A DNA stretch of 64,000 nt from Vicinamibacterales bacterium. GTDB taxonomy: Bacteria > Acidobacteriota > Vicinamibacteria > Vicinamibacterales > UBA8438. A program made the translations under genes and the position numbers. This document shows positions 9,494 through 18,692 of the stretch, one piece after another. Within the stretch, counting starts at the first letter, position 1, and the number at the start of each line of letters is the position of its first letter. Below the pieces are notes generated by a model. The model made no database searches, was not told the origin of the DNA, and saw only the letters and a list, made by a program, of their open reading frames with translations. Location: assembly GCA_965200895.1 (NCBI GenBank), contig CBDAVM010000001.1:2484335-2548334 (forward strand), read 5' to 3'.

Positions 9494-10306
9494 ATGCGGT
9501 CGCTGGCGGCAGGGCTGTCGATCCTCCTCTGCCCGGCCCTCGTCGGCGGTGCGGCGGAGGCGCAGACGGTTCAGGAGACGCAGGCGTCGCAGCGCTCGAG
9601 AGGCAGGCTGATGGAAGTCGGGTACCTCAATCTCGACGCCGTGTATTCGAGCGGCGTCCATGCGGTGAGCCAGCATGTGTCGAGGCTCGTGTACGACGAA
9701 CCGGCCGGGTTCGATTTCCGGTACGCGACGCCGTACCGTATCGGGCTGGATGCGGCCGCCGGGCTGCGGTTGTGGAGCAACCTTTCGATCGGCCTGGGGG
9801 TTACGCGTTCGAGTGCTGTAACCGAGGTCGATGCGGCCGGAGTCGTTCCGCATCCGCTCTTCTTCCACCAGCCTCGCGAGGCGGAGCTTCGACTGGACGG
9901 CTTCAACCGCACGGAGCTCGGCATCCGCCTGCATGCCGCGTGGACGATCCCGCTGGCGGATCGGTTCGATGTGACGTTCTCCGCCGGTCCATCACTCTCC
10001 TTGGTGGATATCGACCGCGCGGTTCCGGACTGGCTCGATGTACGCGAGACGACACCCTACAACGACGTACAGTTCGATTTCGGTCGCGAGTCCGTGCGGA
10101 AGCGAGTTCCCGGCGCCACCTTCGGGGTCGACCTGACCTGCCATTTCCTCAGGCGCCTCGATCCCGGCGCGTTGTTCTGGACCGCGGGCATCGGGGTCTT
10201 CGCCCGCTGGACCACGGGCACGTCGGCGCTGCCGGAGTTCGGACCCGACGAGACCCTGGATGTCGGCGGTCTCCGATTCGGCGGGGGGATGCGGTTCCGA
10301 TTCTGA
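9494..10306 (+). CDS. Putative outer-membrane beta-barrel protein
   Basis: Internal ATG of the 9302..10306 ORF gives a signal peptide MRSLAAGLSILLCPALVGGAAEAQ. Alternating hydrophobic beta-strand pattern. Terminal ...GGGMRFRF with C-terminal Phe, as is typical for OM barrels. Confidence 0.55.
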   Translation: MRSLAAGLSILLCPALVGGAAEAQTVQETQASQRSRGRLMEVGYLNLDAVYSSGVHAVSQHVSRLVYDEPAGFDFRYATPYRIGLDAAAGLRLWSNLSIGLGVTRSSAVTEVDAAGVVPHPLFFHQPREAELRLDGFNRTELGIRLHAAWTIPLADRFDVTFSAGPSLSLVDIDRAVPDWLDVRETTPYNDVQFDFGRESVRKRVPGATFGVDLTCHFLRRLDPGALFWTAGIGVFARWTTGTSALPEFGPDETLDVGGLRFGGGMRFRF

Positions 10307-10370
10307 GCCCGCGATGCGTGCCCGTCGTGCGCTTTGCGGCGGGTCGGGGAGGTCGATCTACCATTTCAAG

Positions 10371-12140
10371 ATGACCGTGCGGACGGCGGGCGGGTTGGCG
10401 GGGATGGCCCTCGCCGGACTGCTGTCCGCCTGCGGGACGGCGCCGGCGCCGGACGAATCGGAATCGGCGCCTGTCGCGGACGTGCTGCCGATCGAGCACG
10501 CGGGCGACTGGTTCGTTGACCGGGCCGGCGCGGTGGGGCTCGACATTGTCCACGCCAACGGCATGACGGGCCGCTTCTACCAGCCGGAGATGATGGGTCC
10601 CGGCGTGGGGTTGCTCGACTACGACAACGACGGCGACCTCGACATCTACTTCGTGCAGGGAGGGCGGCTCGGGGGCGGCGAGGCGCTGCTGGCGCCGCCG
10701 GCGGACCAGCCGCCCGGCGACCGGCTGTTCCGCAACGATCTCGACACCGGACCCGGCGGCGAGCGGCGGTTGCGGTTCACCGACGTGACCGGGGAGGCCG
10801 GCATCGCATCCCGCGGGTACGGCATGGGAGTGGCCGCGGCCGACTACGACAACGACGGCTGGCTCGACATCTACACCACGCGGTTCGGGCCGAACCAGAT
10901 GTTCCGCAACCGGGGCGACGGGACCTTCACCGACGCGACGGCGGAGACCGGTACCGGCGATCCGGGTCTGAGCGTGCCCGCCACCTTCTTCGACTACGAC
11001 CGCGACGGCTGGCTCGACCTGTTCGTCGGCAACTACCTGAACTACAGCATCGAGACCCACTGGCAGTGCTACGCGCAGTCCGGCCCGGCCGACTACTGTC
11101 CGCCGGAGGTCAGTCCGCCGCAGCCGGATCGCCTGTACCGCAATCGCGGCGACGGCACGTTCGTCGACGTGACGTTCGAGGCCGGGATGGGGCGCGAGTA
11201 CGGGCCGGGGCTCGGGGCGTCGGCGGCCGACTACGACAACGACGGCTGGCTCGACCTGTTCGTCGCCAACGACCAGCGGGACAACCAGTTGTGGATCAAC
11301 CAGCGGGACGGCAGCTTTCGGAACCGTGCGCTGCTGTGGGGGACCGCCTTCGGCGCCACCGGGGTGGCCAAGGCCGACATGGGCGTCGATGCCGGCGACT
11401 TCGACAACGACGGGGACGAGGATCTCTTCATCACCGAGCTTACGGGACAGGGGAGCACCCTGTACGTCAACGACGGCGGCATGTTCCGGGACGAGAGCGC
11501 GGGGCGGGGCATACGCGCCGCCAGCCTGCCCTATACCGGATTCGGGGCGGGCTGGCTGGACATCGACAACGATGGCTGGCTGGACCTGATCGCGGTCAAC
11601 GGCACCGTGACGCTGGATCTGGAGGCGTACGGACCGGACAATCCCTTCGCCCTGCAGCAGCGCAACCAGGTGTTCCGCAACCGCGTCGGCGAGCGGTTCG
11701 AGGAGGTCACGGAACGCGCCGGCGCGGCGTTCGCGCTGTCGGAGGTCAGCCGCGGCGCTGCGTTCGGCGACGTCGACAACGACGGCGATACCGATGTGCT
11801 CGTCGCCAACGGCGCCGGTCCCCTGCGTCTGCTCGTCAACGAGGTGGGGCAGGGGCGTCACTGGATCGGGCTGCGGCTCGTGGGCGGCGAACCGCCGCGC
11901 GACATGCTCGGGGCGCGCGTGGAGGTGACCCTGCCAGACGGCTCGACGCGCTGGCGCCGGGCCCGCGCCGATGGAAGCTACGCCTCGGCCAACGATCCGC
12001 GCGTGATCGTCGGCCTGGGCGAATCGGCGGGCCCGCCGCGAATCGCGGTCACCTGGCCCGACGGTACGGTGGACGAGTGGACCGACCTGCCGATCGACGG
12101 GTACACGACACTGATGCAGGGAGACGGCCGGCAACCATGA
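10371..12140 (+). CDS. CRTAC1-family lipoprotein (FG-GAP/VCBS repeats + ASPIC/UnbV C-terminal domain), copy a
   Basis: Lipoprotein signal MTVRTAGGLAGMALAGLLSAC. Repeated DYDNDGxLD(I/L) calcium-binding FG-GAP motifs and (L/M)FRNxGDGTFxD repeats. C-terminal UnbV-like HWIGLRLVG...GARVEV...SYASANDPRVIVGLG...WPDG. Confidence 0.85.
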   Translation: MTVRTAGGLAGMALAGLLSACGTAPAPDESESAPVADVLPIEHAGDWFVDRAGAVGLDIVHANGMTGRFYQPEMMGPGVGLLDYDNDGDLDIYFVQGGRLGGGEALLAPPADQPPGDRLFRNDLDTGPGGERRLRFTDVTGEAGIASRGYGMGVAAADYDNDGWLDIYTTRFGPNQMFRNRGDGTFTDATAETGTGDPGLSVPATFFDYDRDGWLDLFVGNYLNYSIETHWQCYAQSGPADYCPPEVSPPQPDRLYRNRGDGTFVDVTFEAGMGREYGPGLGASAADYDNDGWLDLFVANDQRDNQLWINQRDGSFRNRALLWGTAFGATGVAKADMGVDAGDFDNDGDEDLFITELTGQGSTLYVNDGGMFRDESAGRGIRAASLPYTGFGAGWLDIDNDGWLDLIAVNGTVTLDLEAYGPDNPFALQQRNQVFRNRVGERFEEVTERAGAAFALSEVSRGAAFGDVDNDGDTDVLVANGAGPLRLLVNEVGQGRHWIGLRLVGGEPPRDMLGARVEVTLPDGSTRWRRARADGSYASANDPRVIVGLGESAGPPRIAVTWPDGTVDEWTDLPIDGYTTLMQGDGRQP

Positions 12141-13756
12141 CCATGCGGAGCAGGTTGCGCCACGGATTCCCGGCGTGGGCCGCCATCGTCGCGCTGGCCG
12201 CCGCAACGCTCGCCGGTTGCGGGGCGCCCGACGACGCGGCGTCGACCGGGCGCGGCGGCGGCGCGGGTGAAGCGCTCCCGCCGGTCGTCCTGCCGCGGCT
12301 GGCCGGGCTCGCGCCGGCGGTCCAGGATCAGATCCGCGCGCGACACGCGGCCGTGCTCGCGCTCGACGGCGGCGCCGGGGCGCCTCCGACCGCATTCGCG
12401 GAGGCCCACGGCGAGCTCGGTCTGGTGCTGCAGGCGGCGGGATTCTACGAGGCCGCCGAGCACGCCTTCCTGCACGCGCAGGCAGGCGCGCCCGACGCCT
12501 TGCGCTGGCCGTACCTGCTGGCGCACCTGTACCAGTTGACGGGACAGCGGGGACGTGCGCTCGAGCGTTTCCGGCACGTCGTCGAGCGGGATCCGGCGAA
12601 CCTGCCGGCCCTGGTCTGGCTCGGCGAGATGTATCTCGATCAGGGACAGCCGGCCGAGGCCGAGCGGGTCTACGGTCGGGCGCTGGCGCTGCAGCCCGCC
12701 TCGTCCGCCGTCCTGGCCGGCATCGGCAGGGCCGCGCTGGCGCGCGGGGATGCAACCCGCGCCGTCACCCTTCTGGAGCGCGCCCTGGCCGTCGATCCGG
12801 CGGCGACGAGCCTCCACTACAGCCTCGGCATGGCGTACCGGGACCTCGGCCAACTGGAGCGGGCCGAGCAGTACCTGCGCCGGCGGGGCGGCGGCGCGCC
12901 CGGGCTTCCCGATCCGCTGCTGCAGGAATCGACCGGTCTGCTCGACAGCGCGCTGGCCCATGAGCGGCGCGGATCGCGGGCCCTGGGCGCCGGACGGCAC
13001 GCCGAGGCGGCGGCGGCCTTTCGCGCCGGCTTGGCGCTGACGCCGGACGATCCGACGCTGCGGCACCGCCTCGGCGTGGCGCTCGACATGGCGGGCGACA
13101 CCCGCGGCGCGCTGGCCCAGTTCGAGGCGGCGCTGGCGGTGGCGCCGGACCTGGCCGACGCCCACTTCAGTCTCGGGGAGCTGCTGGCGCGGGACGGCCG
13201 CTATACCGAGGCGATAGCCCGCTACGAATCCGCGGTCGAGAGTCGCCCCAACTACGTGGACGCGCGGATGGGCCTGGCCGACACGCTGAGTCTCGCCGGG
13301 CGGCTTGCCGACGCCGTTACGGAGTTCGAACGGGTGGTCGCGGCGGATCCGGCCTCCGACCAGGCGTGGATGGGACGCGGGGTGGCGCTGGTGCAGCTCG
13401 GCCGGCATCGGGAGGCGCGCGACTGGCTCGAGCGGGCGCAGCTCGTGCATCCCGGCCACCTGCTGCTGACGAACCTGCTGGTGCGTGTCCTCGCCGCGTC
13501 CCCGGACGCCCGGGCGCGTGACGGCGAACGGGCGCTGGCGTTGGCGAACGAGCGGCTCCGCGGCGACACGAGCATCGAGACCTACGAGAGCCTGGCGATG
13601 GCCTGCGCCGAGACGGGGCGCTACGACGAGGCGGTGACCTGGCAGCAGCGGGCCGTCGGGGCCGCGCGGCAGGCGGGGCAGGGGGGGCGCGCACGAAGCC
13701 TGGCCGCGAACCTGGCCCGTTACGAGCGGGGCCGACCGAGCCGTTCGCCGCTGTGA
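12137..13756 (+). CDS. TPR-repeat lipoprotein (TPR-a), translationally coupled to CRTAC1-a
   Basis: The ATG at 12137 overlaps the upstream TGA (ATGA). Signal MTMRSRLRHGFPAWAAIVALAAATLAGC. TPR repeats. C-terminal tail NLARYERGRPSRSPL. Confidence 0.8.
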   Translation: MTMRSRLRHGFPAWAAIVALAAATLAGCGAPDDAASTGRGGGAGEALPPVVLPRLAGLAPAVQDQIRARHAAVLALDGGAGAPPTAFAEAHGELGLVLQAAGFYEAAEHAFLHAQAGAPDALRWPYLLAHLYQLTGQRGRALERFRHVVERDPANLPALVWLGEMYLDQGQPAEAERVYGRALALQPASSAVLAGIGRAALARGDATRAVTLLERALAVDPAATSLHYSLGMAYRDLGQLERAEQYLRRRGGGAPGLPDPLLQESTGLLDSALAHERRGSRALGAGRHAEAAAAFRAGLALTPDDPTLRHRLGVALDMAGDTRGALAQFEAALAVAPDLADAHFSLGELLARDGRYTEAIARYESAVESRPNYVDARMGLADTLSLAGRLADAVTEFERVVAADPASDQAWMGRGVALVQLGRHREARDWLERAQLVHPGHLLLTNLLVRVLAASPDARARDGERALALANERLRGDTSIETYESLAMACAETGRYDEAVTWQQRAVGAARQAGQGGRARSLAANLARYERGRPSRSPL

Positions 13757-13837
13757 CGGGGCCGCTCCGGGAGCCTGCCGCCGCAGGAGTCGCTCCGTTG
13801 CGTTCTGCGGCGCAAGCTCCTAGACTGCGAATCTGAC

Positions 13838-15589
13838 GTGAGAATCCACGCGGCGTGGTCGGGAGTGTGCGTGTTGCTGGCCGCCGCCTGCAGCGGGCCG
13901 GCGGGCGGGACCGGTCCCGGTCCCGTCGACGCATCGCGCGCTGACGGGGACTGGTTCGTGGATCGTGCGCGCGAGACCGGCCTCGACTTCGTCCACTTCA
14001 ACGGCGCCTCGGGCGGGTTCCACTACCCGGAGATCCTGCCGCCCGGCGTCGGGCTGCTCGATTACGACAACGACGGTGATCTCGACGTCTACCTCGTTCA
14101 GGGACGGGCGCTCGGCCGGGACGGGGCTCCGGCCGGCGTACCCTCACCACCGGAGCCGGCGCTGCCGCTCACCGGACGCCTCTTCCGGAACGATCTGGAG
14201 GTGACGGCGGACGGCGCGCGCGCGTTGCGTTTCACCGACGTCACGGCCGGGAGCGGCATCCAGGCCGACGGATTCGGTCTCGGGGTGGCGGCCGGCGATG
14301 TCGACAACGACGGCTGGACCGACCTGCTGCTGACCAACTTCGGACCGAGCGCGCTGTACCTCAACCAGGGGGACGGTACGTTCCGTGACGCGTCGGCGAC
14401 CAGCGGCATCGACGGCGCGCCCGGTTTCGGCGTCTCGGCCTCGTTCGTCGACTACGATCGGGACGGCCTGCTCGATCTCTACGTCGGCCACAACGTCAGC
14501 TACGCGCTCGACAACACCCTCGAGTGCTCCAACGTCACCGGCGCCCGCGACTACTGTCCGCCCGAGACCTACGGCGGCACTCCCGATCACCTGTACCGCA
14601 ATACCGGCGAGGGACGTTTCGTCGATGTCAGCGACACGGCTCTTGCGGGCGGTCAGTTCGGGCCGGCCCTGGGCGTGGCGGTCGCCGACTACGACGGCGA
14701 CGGCTGGAGCGACATCTACGTGGCGAACGACGCCACCGAGAACCTGCTCTGGATCAACCAGCGGGACGGGACCTTCCGCGACGTCGCGCTGCTGGCCGGC
14801 GCGGCGCTGAGCGGCATGGGACTGGCCGAGGCGAGCATGGGAGTCGACGCCGGCGACTACGACAACGACGGCGACGAAGACCTGTTCATGACCCACATCA
14901 CGAACGAGGGCAACAACCTGTATGTGAACGACGGCGCGGCGTCGTTCCAGGATCGGAGCACGGTGTCGGGGCTCGGCGCCGGCAGCCTGCCGTACACCGG
15001 GTGGGGGACCACCTGGTTCGACTACGACAACGACGGCTGGCTCGACCTGCTCGCGGTCAACGGCACGGTCATCGCCAGTCCGGGACCGGCGGACCGCCCG
15101 TTTCCGTACGATCAGCGCAAGTCGCTGTTCCGCAATCTGGGCGACGGCACCTTCGAGGACGTGACGGGAAGCGCCGGTTCGGCGTTCGAGCTGTCGGAGA
15201 CGGGCCGCGGCGCCGCCTTCGGCGACATCGACAACGACGGCGACGTCGACGTCGTGGTCGGGAACGACACCGGTCCCGTGCGGCTGCTGATCAATCAGGT
15301 CGGCAGCCGGAGCCACTGGCTCGGGTTGCGTCTCGTCGGCGCCGGCGGGCGGGACATGCTCGGCGCGCGGGTGGCGGTGCGTCGTGCCGGGGAGCCGGTG
15401 CTGTGGCGCCGGGCCCGCTCGGACGGCAGCTATGCTTCGGCCAACGATCCGCGCGTGGTCGTCGGCCTCGGGGAGTCGGAGGTCCGTCCCGCCGTCGAGG
15501 TGCACTGGCCGGACGGGCGGATGGAGACCTGGGAGGACGTCGGGATCGATCGATGGACCACGCTGGAGCAGGGAACGGGGAGCTCCTGA
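13838..15589 (+). CDS. CRTAC1-family lipoprotein (FG-GAP + ASPIC/UnbV), copy b
   Basis: GTG start. Signal/lipobox VCVLLAAAC. Same DYDNDGD, FRNxGDGTF and HWLGLRLVG...SYASANDPRVVVGLG...WPDG motifs. More diverged than copies a and c. Confidence 0.85.
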   Translation: MRIHAAWSGVCVLLAAACSGPAGGTGPGPVDASRADGDWFVDRARETGLDFVHFNGASGGFHYPEILPPGVGLLDYDNDGDLDVYLVQGRALGRDGAPAGVPSPPEPALPLTGRLFRNDLEVTADGARALRFTDVTAGSGIQADGFGLGVAAGDVDNDGWTDLLLTNFGPSALYLNQGDGTFRDASATSGIDGAPGFGVSASFVDYDRDGLLDLYVGHNVSYALDNTLECSNVTGARDYCPPETYGGTPDHLYRNTGEGRFVDVSDTALAGGQFGPALGVAVADYDGDGWSDIYVANDATENLLWINQRDGTFRDVALLAGAALSGMGLAEASMGVDAGDYDNDGDEDLFMTHITNEGNNLYVNDGAASFQDRSTVSGLGAGSLPYTGWGTTWFDYDNDGWLDLLAVNGTVIASPGPADRPFPYDQRKSLFRNLGDGTFEDVTGSAGSAFELSETGRGAAFGDIDNDGDVDVVVGNDTGPVRLLINQVGSRSHWLGLRLVGAGGRDMLGARVAVRRAGEPVLWRRARSDGSYASANDPRVVVGLGESEVRPAVEVHWPDGRMETWEDVGIDRWTTLEQGTGSS

Positions 15590-17268
15590 TGCCGGAACCT
15601 CGGATGAGGGCGGCCGGGTCGGCCCCGACGCGGTGGTTGGTCGTGATGCTGGGGTTCGCGGTGCTGCTCGCCGGATGCGCCGCACCGGACGAGCCTGCAT
15701 CGGAGGCGCAGGCGTCGGCGGAGACGGCGGCCGGAACGCCGGCCTCGGCGGGCTCGATGGTGTCGTGCGGCGATGCGCTGCCGGCTCTCGACCGGGTCGG
15801 CGAGTCGGTGCAGGCCCGGATCCGCGAACAGCACGCGGCCCTGCCGCCGCGCGACGAGCGGGCGGGCCTCCCGGCGGAGCTGGCGGCCGATGTCGTCGGC
15901 GTGATGGGGATGACGTTCATGGCGGCCTGGTTCACGGACGAGGCCGAGCCGTGCCTGCGCGAGGCGGCGGGACTGGCGCCGGACGACGTGCGCTGGCCCT
16001 ACTATCTCGCGCAGTTGTACCGCGACCGCGGCGCGCTGGACGAGTCGGCCGCGTTCTTCGAGCAGGTCCTCCGCATCCAGCCGGAGGACCCGACGACGCT
16101 GTTCTGGCTCGGCGACATCCGCCTGGAGCAGGGCCGGTCCGACGAGGCCGAGCCGCTGTTCGCCCGGGCGCTGGCGCTGTTCCCGTCGTCGCTCTCGGCG
16201 CGCTACGGCCTGGCGCGGACGGCGCTGCTCGAAGAGGACTACCGCCGGGCCGCGGACCTGCTGGAGGAGATCCTCGCGCGCGCCCCGGACATCGGCGCGG
16301 TGCACTACCCGCTGGGGATGGCCTATCGCGGGCTGGGAGACGACGCGAAGGCCGAGGAGCACCTGCGGCGGCGCGAGAACGCCGAGATCCGCCCTGCGGA
16401 CCCGTTGATGGCGGCGCTGGACTCGCTTCTGACGACCGCCGGCACCTTCGAGAATAGCGGTCTGGAGGCGCTCGACCGACAGGAGTGGCCGGCCGCGATC
16501 GAGCAGTTCCGGCAGGGGCTCGAACTGGATCCCGACGATCCGGGGCTGCGGCACCGGCTGGGCACGGCGCTCTTCATGGTCGGCGATCTCGACGGCGCGA
16601 TGGCCGAGTTCCAGCGGGTCGTGCGGACCACCCCCGACTACTTTCCCTCGCACTACAGCATCGGCGTGCTGCTGCAGGAAACGCGGCGGCATGCCGAAGC
16701 CGTCGAACGGTTCCGGACCGCACTGCGCCACCGGCCGGGGGACGACGCCGTGCACCTGCGGTTGGCGATCAGCCTGCGGCACGCGGGCGATCCGCAGTCG
16801 TCCCTGTCGTACTACGAGCGGGTGCTGCGTTCCGCTCCCGACGCGCTCGAGGCCCGGTTCGGATACGCGATGGCCCTCGTGCAGCTCGGCCGCTACCGGG
16901 AGGCGCGCGACCGGTTGGTCACCGCGATGGAGGCGTTTCCGAACGAGACTTCGTTCCCGCACGCGCTGGCCCGGCTGCTCGCGGCCGCACCGGATGGCGC
17001 GATCCGCAACGGCCGGCGGGCGATGACGCTGGTCGAGCAGGTCATGGACGCGGAGCCGGAGCCGACGCTCGATCTGGGCGAGACGATGGCGATGACCCTC
17101 GCCGAGGTGGGCCGCTTCGGCGAGGCCGCCGAGGTGCAGCGTGCACTGATCGGCGCCGCCGAGCTGGCCGGGTTGCCGGACGTGGTTCGGCGCCTGACGG
17201 TGAATCTCCGGCGTTACGAGCGGGGGGAACCGTGCCGCACGCCCTGGCCCGCCGAGGCCATGCCATGA
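15589..17268 (+). CDS. TPR-repeat lipoprotein (TPR-b), coupled to CRTAC1-b
   Basis: The ATG at 15589 shares one nt with the upstream TGA (TGATG). Signal MPEPRMRAAGSAPTRWLVVMLGFAVLLAGC. Paralog of 2..1711. Confidence 0.8.
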   Translation: MPEPRMRAAGSAPTRWLVVMLGFAVLLAGCAAPDEPASEAQASAETAAGTPASAGSMVSCGDALPALDRVGESVQARIREQHAALPPRDERAGLPAELAADVVGVMGMTFMAAWFTDEAEPCLREAAGLAPDDVRWPYYLAQLYRDRGALDESAAFFEQVLRIQPEDPTTLFWLGDIRLEQGRSDEAEPLFARALALFPSSLSARYGLARTALLEEDYRRAADLLEEILARAPDIGAVHYPLGMAYRGLGDDAKAEEHLRRRENAEIRPADPLMAALDSLLTTAGTFENSGLEALDRQEWPAAIEQFRQGLELDPDDPGLRHRLGTALFMVGDLDGAMAEFQRVVRTTPDYFPSHYSIGVLLQETRRHAEAVERFRTALRHRPGDDAVHLRLAISLRHAGDPQSSLSYYERVLRSAPDALEARFGYAMALVQLGRYREARDRLVTAMEAFPNETSFPHALARLLAAAPDGAIRNGRRAMTLVEQVMDAEPEPTLDLGETMAMTLAEVGRFGEAAEVQRALIGAAELAGLPDVVRRLTVNLRRYERGEPCRTPWPAEAMP

Positions 17269-17284
17269 CCCTTCCGGCCGGCGC

Positions 17285-17422
17285 CCGGTTGCGTCACGCA
17301 CGCGCGGCCGAGCGCGCCGGCCGACGTCTTTCTGCTGGTCGACGCGAGTCGGCATTTCGATCGGGATCGGCTTGAGCGTCGCCCGCGAGGACGTCACCAT
17401 CCGCGTCACGCCCGTGTTCTGA
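17285..17422 (+). pseudogene. Relic of a vWA-domain gene paralogous to 17601..18608 (MIDAS region joined out of frame to the last ~22 codons)
   Basis: The relic reads HARPSAPADVFLLVDASR vs LARPRGPADVSILVDTSE in the intact gene. After a frame change it reads ISIGIGLSVAREDVTIRVTPVF-stop vs LQIEIGIAREDVTVRVTPVI-stop. Both are followed by tgaacc. Confidence 0.7.
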
Positions 17423-17600
17423 ACCGCGCGCCCGAGGGGTTGCGTCGTGCGCCGCCGGCCGGGGACGAGGTGTGCGCCCTTGTGTTCCGAACCCGCGCGC
17501 ACGAGAGCGCTGCCGTCAGACCCGGCGCCCCCGGCCCGGCGCCCGCTCTCCGGCCCGACTTCGCGTATAGTGAACGGACCGACAGGCAAGGAGAACCGCC

Positions 17601-18608
17601 ATGGTGATGTCCACGCGATCGCCCCGTCCGTCGCGTCTGCGCCCGTTCGTCACCGCCGCTGCCGGTCTCGTGCTCTGGATGGCGGTGGACGCGGTCCTGC
17701 CGGCGCAGTCCGCGCAACAGCTTTATCTGACCGTGCTCGACGACGACGGAAATCCTGTCGTTGACCTTCGGCCGCACGAGATATCCGTGGCGGAGAACGG
17801 GGTGCGGTCCGAGGTGCTGTACCTGGCCCGCCCGCGCGGTCCGGCGGACGTCTCGATACTGGTCGACACCAGCGAAGCGGTCGTGCCCTCCACGACGCAC
17901 GTGCGGCGGGCGTTGACGGAGTTCGTGGAGGCCCTCGACGGCTACGCGCGCATGTCGCTGATGACGTTCGGCGACCTGCCGGTGCGCGTGGTGCCGCCGA
18001 CGACGCGGCTCGGCGTGATGCGGGATGCGGTCGACCGGGTGTTCCCCGCCGTCGGCGCGATTCCCCGCTTCCAGGACGCGTTGATCCAGACGGTGCGCGA
18101 CATCCAGAACCGCCAGCCGAACCGGCCCACGCTGGTCGTCATCACCTCGGACCAGGTGCCGGGCGCGTTCGCCACCGAGTCGCCCAACACGTCGGCCCGC
18201 CCGGTGGACCAGGTCATCGGCGTACTGCAGGCCATCGGTGCGCCGGTGCACATCGTGGCCCTGCGGAGCAGCGCCTCGTTCGACATCGTGGGGCGCGGCG
18301 TCTTCGACCGGGCGTCGGCCTTCAGCGGCACCGCCGACAACAACATGCGCAACTCGATCATGGCCCGCGAGACCCGCGACTGGCTGATGGCGCTCGAGAC
18401 CGCGTCGAATCGGACCGGCGGCCGGCTCGTCAATACCTATGCGAGCGCCGGCCTCGCCACGCCGTTGATCGAGATCGCCAACGAGATTGCCGGCCAGTAC
18501 GTGCTGACGTATTCGCGCGCCGCGCTTCCGCTCGACACCGAAACGCTCCAGATCGAGATCGGGATCGCGCGCGAGGACGTCACGGTGCGCGTGACGCCCG
18601 TCATCTGA
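17601..18608 (+). CDS. vWA-domain protein (acidobacterial VWFA-related type)
   Basis: 335 aa with an N-terminal signal/anchor. LYLTVLDDDGNPV...ISVAENG N-domain, then a MIDAS-like ILVDTSEA and MSLMTFGD. The overall layout matches the VWFA-related acidobacterial family as I remember it. Confidence 0.7.
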   Translation: MVMSTRSPRPSRLRPFVTAAAGLVLWMAVDAVLPAQSAQQLYLTVLDDDGNPVVDLRPHEISVAENGVRSEVLYLARPRGPADVSILVDTSEAVVPSTTHVRRALTEFVEALDGYARMSLMTFGDLPVRVVPPTTRLGVMRDAVDRVFPAVGAIPRFQDALIQTVRDIQNRQPNRPTLVVITSDQVPGAFATESPNTSARPVDQVIGVLQAIGAPVHIVALRSSASFDIVGRGVFDRASAFSGTADNNMRNSIMARETRDWLMALETASNRTGGRLVNTYASAGLATPLIEIANEIAGQYVLTYSRAALPLDTETLQIEIGIAREDVTVRVTPVI

Positions 18609-18692
18609 ACCCGCGATGGCGAGCGTGGCCGGCGCCGGCGTTCGACGCATGCGGCGGGAGGTTCCCTCGCGGCGTGCGCCCTTTCTCGCGTC

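Noticed and set aside
9193-10374. A 393-aa ORF spanning the TBDR-2/OM-barrel gap and the barrel gene in another frame.
   Set aside because: The composition is Arg/Gly-rich with no motifs. The overlapping frame from 9494 has a signal peptide, beta-strand periodicity and a C-terminal Phe.
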